A DNA stretch of 64,000 nucleotides from Actinomycetota bacterium (GTDB taxonomy: Bacteria > Actinomycetota > Actinomycetes > Nanopelagicales > Nanopelagicaceae): assembly GCA_009701305.1 (NCBI GenBank), contig WLKK01000001.1:140-64139 (forward strand). Reading direction: 5' to 3'. Below the pieces are notes generated by a model. It saw nothing but the letters and a program-made list of their open reading frames with translations. It was not told the DNA's origin and searched no databases. Shown in pieces: positions 57,853 through 64,000 of the stretch. How positions within the stretch are numbered: position 1 is the first letter of the stretch; each line of letters starts with the position of its first letter. The position numbers and the translations under genes were made by a program.

Positions 57853-57878
57853 GTGGGTTCGACCCCCACTCGGGGCAC
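57853..57878 (+). repeat. Direct repeat copy 2 (orphan tRNA-Leu 3' end), att-like
   Basis: A 26/26 match to 56111-56136. No tRNA 5' half lies upstream. It starts 14 nt after the stop of the 535-aa ORF. Confidence 0.95.
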
Positions 57879-57942
57879 TTCATACTTGCATCAATATGTA
57901 GTTTTGAACCTTTTTACGGACATAACGAAATACGGTCAATTA

Positions 57943-58692
57943 CTAAATTCCTAAAACTTGCCCATTAATTTGATTTGAAGTCGACTCTGCTAAAAAAGCA
58001 ACTGCTCGCGCAATGTCCATTGTCGTGACTGCTTCGGTACTTTTGAGAGAGGCACGGCGCGCTAATTCTTCCTTTGCGCCGTGGCCCATGTGTTTCAAGA
58101 AGTTCTGATCATTTTCGTAAAAGAGGTTGGACTCAACAGTTGAAGGTGATACAGAATTGCTAGTGATTCCATATTTCGCAAAAGAGATCGCCGCACTTTT
58201 TCCAATTGAATGTTGTGCTGCTTTTGCAGCTTGATAATGCGAAGTAAATTCACTGGCGCCGGCACCGAGTGCTGAAACAATATTAACGATTCTGCCAAAT
58301 TTTTGCTGCTTCATAAATGGAACACAGTTTTGAATAAATAGAAAAGTCCCCATTACATGGACATTAAACATGCGGGTTATTTCCTCATGAGAAATATCCA
58401 TTATGGGTTTAATTTGGCAGTAGCCTGCGTTGTTAACCAGCAAATCTATTCTTCCCCATTGTGCAATGACTTCATTGACGCAATGAGCTACGTCAGTCGG
58501 AATTGAAACATCACCTACAACTCCAATAGTTTGTTTGGATTGTGGATCTATTAGTGAAATAGTTTCAGCAACACGTTCTGGGTTGAGATCTTGAATTGCC
58601 ACTTTGTACCCGAGTTCGATCAGATGAGATGCAATCCCACGACCAATTCCACTTCCTGATCCAGTTACGATGGCAATTCGGTCTGTAGTCAC
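57943..58692 (-). CDS. SDR family oxidoreductase
   Basis: 249 aa with VTGSGSGIGRG, NNAG and YQAAKAA. Confidence 0.9.
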   Translation of the reverse strand: MTTDRIAIVTGSGSGIGRGIASHLIELGYKVAIQDLNPERVAETISLIDPQSKQTIGVVGDVSIPTDVAHCVNEVIAQWGRIDLLVNNAGYCQIKPIMDISHEEITRMFNVHVMGTFLFIQNCVPFMKQQKFGRIVNIVSALGAGASEFTSHYQAAKAAQHSIGKSAAISFAKYGITSNSVSPSTVESNLFYENDQNFLKHMGHGAKEELARRASLKSTEAVTTMDIARAVAFLAESTSNQINGQVLGI

Positions 58693-59573
58693 TATATTCT
58701 CTTCTCATCTTGTAATTTAAGAATAATTTCGTGCATAAAATTAGATGCGGCCGGAACTTGATCGGCTGATAAGTGTTCAAGAGCAATGTATTTGTTGAGT
58801 GCGAATTTATCTGCTTTAAACACATAATCACTCCAATCGAAAATTCCCTCGCCAACTGGCACTTCAGTAATGCGAAGGACCATTTGTGACTCAACGATGA
58901 AATCTTTTGCATGAGCTGTACCCATACGAGAGCCTGAAACAGCAATCATTTCATCGATCAATTTAGGAGTGTCATACATGTAATCATGGGTAACTATATT
59001 TGTCGGGTCAAATCCCAAACGAAGTGATTTTGAGGGGATGTGATCGAAGATTCTCTTGATTGTTTTTGGATCACGAACGGTGGAAAGAACATGAGGTTTG
59101 ACTACTAAGTACATGCCCTGATCTTCAGCGACTGGGATAATTTGCTGGAGCGAATCTATATAGCGCTCTAGTGAGGCCTCGCTGTGATTCTCCGGTACCG
59201 GATACCAAGCAGATATAGGGGAGTTTGATCCTGCTCCGGTGACGACAACATTTGAACCAAGTGCTCTAGCAACCTTAAATGAATCTTTGACAAGTTGGAT
59301 CGAATCTTTTCGCAATGAGTCATTAAATGTGCAGAGCGAGGCCCAATAGCCCCAATTAGAAATAGGTTCTATTCCATTCTCGCGAAGTAATTCACCGGCA
59401 CGTTTAACAGCATCGAAGTCTGTTTCATTGGGTTTGCGGATTGATTTGCCATCTCCCAAACCGAAGTGGCAGATAACTCCCTCGATTCCCATCCCGCGAA
59501 GCTTTTTAGCTAGATCAGAATCGATCTCAGCAGGATCGGTAGTAAACGCAGTTAGCATGAGTGCGACTTTCAT
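58692..59573 (-). CDS. Sugar phosphate isomerase/epimerase (xylose isomerase-like TIM barrel)
   Basis: 293 aa with an alternating beta/alpha pattern and conserved acidic/His positions (VVKPHV, GFDPTN, HAKD, IALEH). It has a 1-nt overlap with the downstream SDR. Confidence 0.75.
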   Translation of the reverse strand: MKVALMLTAFTTDPAEIDSDLAKKLRGMGIEGVICHFGLGDGKSIRKPNETDFDAVKRAGELLRENGIEPISNWGYWASLCTFNDSLRKDSIQLVKDSFKVARALGSNVVVTGAGSNSPISAWYPVPENHSEASLERYIDSLQQIIPVAEDQGMYLVVKPHVLSTVRDPKTIKRIFDHIPSKSLRLGFDPTNIVTHDYMYDTPKLIDEMIAVSGSRMGTAHAKDFIVESQMVLRITEVPVGEGIFDWSDYVFKADKFALNKYIALEHLSADQVPAASNFMHEIILKLQDEKRI

Positions 59574-59594
59574 AACAGCGCTCCTAGACCAAGG

Positions 59595-61601
59595 TTAAAT
59601 AGCATGTAGTTTCCGAATAGCTTCAACAATCTTTGGCACATCTGGAATTAGAGCCTTCTGCATAACTGGTGATGCTGGAATTCTTGAATCTGGTACGCCT
59701 AACCGAATTACTGGAGCTTTCAATTCGGCAAAAAGACGCGAGCTAATTCGGGCAGATATTTCAGCACCAAAGCCACCAGTTACGTTTGCTTCATGCACGA
59801 TAATTGCTTTTCCATTACTACTCTTCACGGCTTCAAAGATTGTTTCTTCATCGAGCGGATTGAGCCAACGCAGATCTACAACGCAGACATCGATTCCATG
59901 TTCGGCTTTAATTTCTTCTGCGGCACGAAGGACTACTGCTGTTGTTTTACCCCACGTTATTACCGCAAGATCTTTTCCTTCTCGCGAAATGCGAGCTCCA
60001 CCAAGTGTTTCGATAGGAGCATCGAAATCAACTGGATCTGAGTTCATGTAGAGAGCGCGTGATTCGATAAGAATGACTGGATCAGGATCGAGTACTGCAG
60101 CCTTGAGCATCTGATATGCATCATGTGAATTGGAGGGCAAGCCAACTTTGATTCCAGGAATGTGGGCAAGTATGGCTTCCATGCTCTGTGAATGCTGTGC
60201 ACATGATCCTGGGGTAATACCTTGCTGAACGCGAACGACCATTGGCGCAGTTACTTTGCCATTAGAAATGTAGCGAACATTGGATGCCTGATTTACTAAT
60301 TGATCAAGGGCAACGAAGAGAAAATCCATCCACATAATTTCAACAATCGGCTTTAAACCGTTTTGGCTCGAACCAATTGCCGCACCAAGAATCGCTGCCT
60401 CGGAGATCGGAGTATCAAAACAACGCTCCCCATATTTTTTCCTCAAATTTCGAGTTACACCGAATACGCCACCAGCAGTGCCTACATCTTCACCGAAAAT
60501 TAAGGCGTTAGGATCATGGGAGAGAATCTCATCGAGTCCTTTATTGATTGCAAGACCGTAAGCAACTTTCTCTGAATCAATCGGTAGCGGGCGAATTTTT
60601 TCACGCACATATTTCGAAGCAACTTCGCCTATTCCATCCATTGCACCTGGAAGTGGTGCAGCAATACTTTGAGCGGAACTTTCTTCAACGTAGGAGATAA
60701 CTTCACTCTCAAGGATTGTTAAAGCACTTTCATCGATCCCATGCTTTGTTTTGAGTAGCTCTCTTAAACGGGGCAATGGATCGCGAGTTGCATGTTCCTT
60801 GCTATCGCCACTGGGGCGGTAATGCTCAATGTCTGCGTTGTAATGTCCAAGAAGTCGCGGGACAGTAACTTCTAAGAAAGTTGGACCACCTCCACTTCGA
60901 GCGCGCTCGACCGCTGCTGCACCTGCTGCAAATAGCGAAGGCATATCTGCGCCATCAATCTTCAATGCATTCATGCCATAGTTTGCAGCCCTTTGCCAAA
61001 GTTCAACATGAGGGACTGTTTCACTGATTGGTGTCATCTCTGACCAAGCATTATTTTCGCAAACAAAAATTACTGGAAGATTTCGCGCGATTGCAAAAAC
61101 TAGCGCTTCATGTGACGAACCTTGATTAGTTGCTCCATCTCCAAATGATGTTACAACTACACCCTGATTCTTTTTGTGAAGTTGGCCCATCGCTAAGCCA
61201 TTAGCAATCGGTAGCCCTGCACCGACAATGCTATTTTCACCAACAAAACCAAATTCTGGTGCAGACAAATATGGCGAACCGGCTCGACCCCCATTTGTTC
61301 CAGTTGCTTTTCCCATAATCTCTCCAAGCAAAGCCGGTGTTGGAACTCCAGCAGCTAGCGCCCAACCATGCCCTCTGTATGTAGCGGTTACTAGATCTCG
61401 CTCATCGCATGAAGCGAGAATTCCTACCGGAACCGACTCTTGACCAATGCATGGATGCACGGAGCCCGTAATCAAGTCACTCTTTCGTAATTCCAAAACC
61501 TTCTCTTCAACTTTACGAATCAAGAACATCTTCCGATATATTTCAAGAAGATTCATTCCACGTACAGGTAAATCCATTGGATGACGATCAAGAGTTTTCA
61601 T
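59595..61601 (-). CDS. Fused TPP-dependent 2-oxoacid/acetoin dehydrogenase E1 alpha-beta
   Basis: 668 aa. The N-terminal half is E1-alpha (SFGDGATNQGSSHEALVFAIARNLPVIFVCENNAWSE). The C-terminal half is E1-beta (FDTPISEAAILGAAIGSSQNGLKPIVEIMWMDF). Confidence 0.88.
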   Translation of the reverse strand: MKTLDRHPMDLPVRGMNLLEIYRKMFLIRKVEEKVLELRKSDLITGSVHPCIGQESVPVGILASCDERDLVTATYRGHGWALAAGVPTPALLGEIMGKATGTNGGRAGSPYLSAPEFGFVGENSIVGAGLPIANGLAMGQLHKKNQGVVVTSFGDGATNQGSSHEALVFAIARNLPVIFVCENNAWSEMTPISETVPHVELWQRAANYGMNALKIDGADMPSLFAAGAAAVERARSGGGPTFLEVTVPRLLGHYNADIEHYRPSGDSKEHATRDPLPRLRELLKTKHGIDESALTILESEVISYVEESSAQSIAAPLPGAMDGIGEVASKYVREKIRPLPIDSEKVAYGLAINKGLDEILSHDPNALIFGEDVGTAGGVFGVTRNLRKKYGERCFDTPISEAAILGAAIGSSQNGLKPIVEIMWMDFLFVALDQLVNQASNVRYISNGKVTAPMVVRVQQGITPGSCAQHSQSMEAILAHIPGIKVGLPSNSHDAYQMLKAAVLDPDPVILIESRALYMNSDPVDFDAPIETLGGARISREGKDLAVITWGKTTAVVLRAAEEIKAEHGIDVCVVDLRWLNPLDEETIFEAVKSSNGKAIIVHEANVTGGFGAEISARISSRLFAELKAPVIRLGVPDSRIPASPVMQKALIPDVPKIVEAIRKLHAI

Positions 61602-61715
61602 GAGGTCCTTACTTCACTTTCTAGGAATCCTATACATTTCTCCGCTACTTGTTAAGGGGTATTTTGAGAGTTAAACTGCCGGTTATAAGAGTTTTGGATT
61701 TTTATAGGCTTAAAC

Positions 61716-63101
61716 GTGATTCTAAATCTGATGAATAGGAGTGGATTAATTGTGAAAAATAATTCGCATTTTAATTTACTCGATTGGCTATACATGGATG
61801 ATGCCGCAGCGGAGATCTTCTCTTTCGAAGAGAGCGTAAAGAATTGGATCGCTATAGAAATTGCCTTAGCGGAAACACAGAACCAACTGGGTCTCGTTCC
61901 TGATGATGTATTGGTAAAAATTCAAGGATTAAAGGGTTTCCAGATCAAGGATACAGATCAATTCTTCAGTGCTTCGGTCAATGTGGGTTATCCAATCGTC
62001 GAACTTCTCAAAGAACTCAATGACTCACTAGAACCAAGCGCCCAAGGCTTTCTTCACCTGGGTGCGACTACCCAAGACATTATGGATACGGCACTGGCAA
62101 TGCAGGTCAAAAAATGTGGCGAGCTGATTGAAGAGCGAATCATCGAGCTAGGTGATGTTTTAGTGAAGATTATTACTGAACACTCTGAGAGCATCATGCC
62201 TGGGCGAACACATGCACAGCATGCAGTTCCAATTACTTTTGGTTTCAAAATCTCTATCTTTTTATCCGAATTAAGTCGTCATCTGGAGCGAATCAGAAAA
62301 GCTAATCATGATTCTGGAAGTATCTCTCTATTTGGTGCTGGCGGAACTTCTGCCGGATACGGAAAAGATTCAGCGAAGATTCGCACAGAAGTGGCAAAGA
62401 AACTCAATTTAAATAATGTGAATGTCCCATGGCATGTAAGTCGCGATCGCTTTATCCAGAGTGCAACCGCAGCGGCTATGATTGCAACGACTCTTACAAG
62501 GCTAGCGCGAGAGATTATTGATCTCTCGCGAACCGAAATACTTGAAGTAGCCGAACCTGGTGGCTGGCATAAAGGTGCATCATCAACAATGCCGCAAAAG
62601 CGCAACCCAGTTATGTCTGAGTCGATTATTGGATTGGCCATTACGGCAACTGGCAATGCAGCCATGATGTTTCGTGCTGGAGAAGCAGGACACGAACGAG
62701 CTGCTGGAGAATGGCAACTAGAGTGGAAAGTTCTGCCTGAAACACTTGTCAGCACTGCTTCAGCGTTAAAAATTGCAGTTGAAATGTGTAGTGGTTTAAC
62801 TGTCAATGTTGAAAATATGAAAGCAAATCTCAATAAAGATGACGGCTTGATTATGGCTGAAGCATTGATGATTGGACTTGCACCCAAAGTTGGACGCGAA
62901 CGTGCCCACGATCTTGTCTATTCGGCGGTGGGAATTGTGAGATCTGAGCACATCGATTTACTTGCAGCTTTGAAGCGAGTCAGTAAAGGGATTCTGACAG
63001 ATTCAGATTTCACAGAGATAAGTACAGATTCATATTTGGGCGAAGCTACTAGTATTTGCAAAATTTCATGCAAAGAATGGCTAGCGGGAAAAATTTCTTA
63101 A
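61716..63101 (+). CDS. Class II fumarase/adenylosuccinate-lyase-superfamily protein (3-carboxy-cis,cis-muconate cycloisomerase-like)
   Basis: 461 aa with GATTQDIMDT, MPGRTHAQHAVPITFG and the signature GASSTMPQKRNP. The start is uncertain (GTG 61716, ATG 61731 or later). Confidence 0.85.
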   Translation: MILNLMNRSGLIVKNNSHFNLLDWLYMDDAAAEIFSFEESVKNWIAIEIALAETQNQLGLVPDDVLVKIQGLKGFQIKDTDQFFSASVNVGYPIVELLKELNDSLEPSAQGFLHLGATTQDIMDTALAMQVKKCGELIEERIIELGDVLVKIITEHSESIMPGRTHAQHAVPITFGFKISIFLSELSRHLERIRKANHDSGSISLFGAGGTSAGYGKDSAKIRTEVAKKLNLNNVNVPWHVSRDRFIQSATAAAMIATTLTRLAREIIDLSRTEILEVAEPGGWHKGASSTMPQKRNPVMSESIIGLAITATGNAAMMFRAGEAGHERAAGEWQLEWKVLPETLVSTASALKIAVEMCSGLTVNVENMKANLNKDDGLIMAEALMIGLAPKVGRERAHDLVYSAVGIVRSEHIDLLAALKRVSKGILTDSDFTEISTDSYLGEATSICKISCKEWLAGKIS

Positions 63102-63109
63102 AGCAAATA

Positions 63110-64000
63110 TTATTTAAAGAGTTGTAGATCAAACTTAGCTGTTGTCAGCATGTGCGGAATTGTTAAAGCCCAAATAATTACCAAAATCGTCCAAAGTAAA
63201 CCGGTGTCGAAATATTCAGGGCGAAAAACCATAAGTCCAACTGCTAAAAGAATTGTTCCGAACACGGCGTAAAGACCCGGTATAACAGCGGATATAAAAG
63301 CCATAAGTGGCTTTATAGAACGTGCATGCAAAAGAGCTTCAGGTAATTTAGGGACTAGCCGTGCTGTATGGCGGACTGCGTGCCAGCAACCGAAATAAAC
63401 GGCAAACGCAATTAATGGTGGTGCTAATAAAGACAAAATGGCTAAAAGAAGTAGGTCAAGTGCAGCTTGGAAATTCTTAGTTATTAGAAGAAGTAGCAAT
63501 CCAAACAGCGCTAAAGCCAAAGTGATATTTCGCAAGGTTTGATTAATCGAACCTGACCAATTAGCTATTTCAGGATTAATCCGGTTCAAGGCAGATAGGG
63601 CACGAGAATCTGTCAATGGCAAGATGACAGGCAAGAATCCGGCAGGTAAGGCATAAGCACAAACCTTGAGAAATCCATCTTTGTTTGTACCGCGCGAATT
63701 ATTCCATTGGCTCTTAAATGCGCCGTCACCAAATCCAAAGTGCAGAGCACTGATTACCAGAATTAATTGAAAACCTATCTGGTTCCATGTTGCTATCGCG
63801 TAACCCGCAGCGACTGCCAACAAGATATAAAAAATTACGAAAGCAATAAAGCGAACTCGTGATTCTCTCGGAATAGTAATTAAGTGATCAATTGCGCCAT
63901 GGGGAATGCCAATCAAAAGAGCAATAACCGCAATTACTATCTGCCCAGATAAAGGGAGTTCAAAGGAAATCAGATCAAAGATGCCAAAAGTAATGATCGC
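63110..64000 (-). CDS. blh: Brp/Blh-family beta-carotene 15,15'-dioxygenase (5' end probably beyond window)
   Basis: Four His boxes are present: GIPHGAIDH, ALHFGFGD, GCWHAVRH and LTIPHML. These are colinear with Blh as remembered (GLPHGALD, IHFGMADF, FIHSRRH, TVPHMIL). The reading frame stays open from 63916 to the window edge. Confidence 0.82.
   Translation of the reverse strand, partial: AIITFGIFDLISFELPLSGQIVIAVIALLIGIPHGAIDHLITIPRESRVRFIAFVIFYILLAVAAGYAIATWNQIGFQLILVISALHFGFGDGAFKSQWNNSRGTNKDGFLKVCAYALPAGFLPVILPLTDSRALSALNRINPEIANWSGSINQTLRNITLALALFGLLLLLITKNFQAALDLLLLAILSLLAPPLIAFAVYFGCWHAVRHTARLVPKLPEALLHARSIKPLMAFISAVIPGLYAVFGTILLAVGLMVFRPEYFDTGLLWTILVIIWALTIPHMLTTAKFDLQLFK

Noticed and set aside
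56138-63101. Complete integrative element or prophage at tRNA-Leu
   Set aside because: No integrase, excisionase, transposase, or phage structural or conjugation genes are present on either side of the att-like repeats. Only the repeat scar and cargo-like genes can be supported.

Overview
This is a compact, AT-rich Actinomycetota chromosome segment. The gene order matches, from memory, the conserved block known in Mycobacterium tuberculosis as roughly Rv0991c to Rv1026: FmdB, 5-FCL, galU, moeA-like, rimJ-like, pmt, rsmI, metG, tatD, ksgA, ispE, then glmU-prs-rplY-pth, then mfd-mazG-eno-ftsB-DUF501-ppx. The low GC, tiny intergenic spacers, a photolyase and a blh gene suggest a genome-streamlined freshwater lineage such as Nanopelagicales/acI; this is inference only. 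I call about 60 CDS, 3 tRNAs (Arg-CCT, Gln-TTG and an atypical Leu-UAA), a CIRCE operator at groEL and several short tandem repeat arrays. I saw no rRNA, CRISPR array, transposase, integrase or recognisable defence system. Accessory material sits between the housekeeping blocks: copC-copD/ctaG plus an acyl-CoA dehydrogenase, a TetR-MarR pair with an enolase-superfamily gene, a sugar-acid-like cluster, and a tRNA-Leu-linked cassette followed by a fused E1 alpha/beta cluster. The most unusual observations are listed here. (1) A DgoD-type enolase-superfamily ORF has its catalytic residues replaced. (2) A tRNA-Leu(UAA)-like gene lacks the long variable arm. (3) A 26-bp repeat of that tRNA's 3' end brackets a single surface-protein gene. 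(4) TGATCA motifs occur in 10-bp-phased arrays at regulatory positions. (5) A truncated MoeA/gephyrin-like protein lies in the galU-rimJ cluster. (6) A fused TPP-dependent E1 alpha/beta enzyme has no E2 or E3 nearby. All family assignments come from motif recognition by eye; no searches were run.
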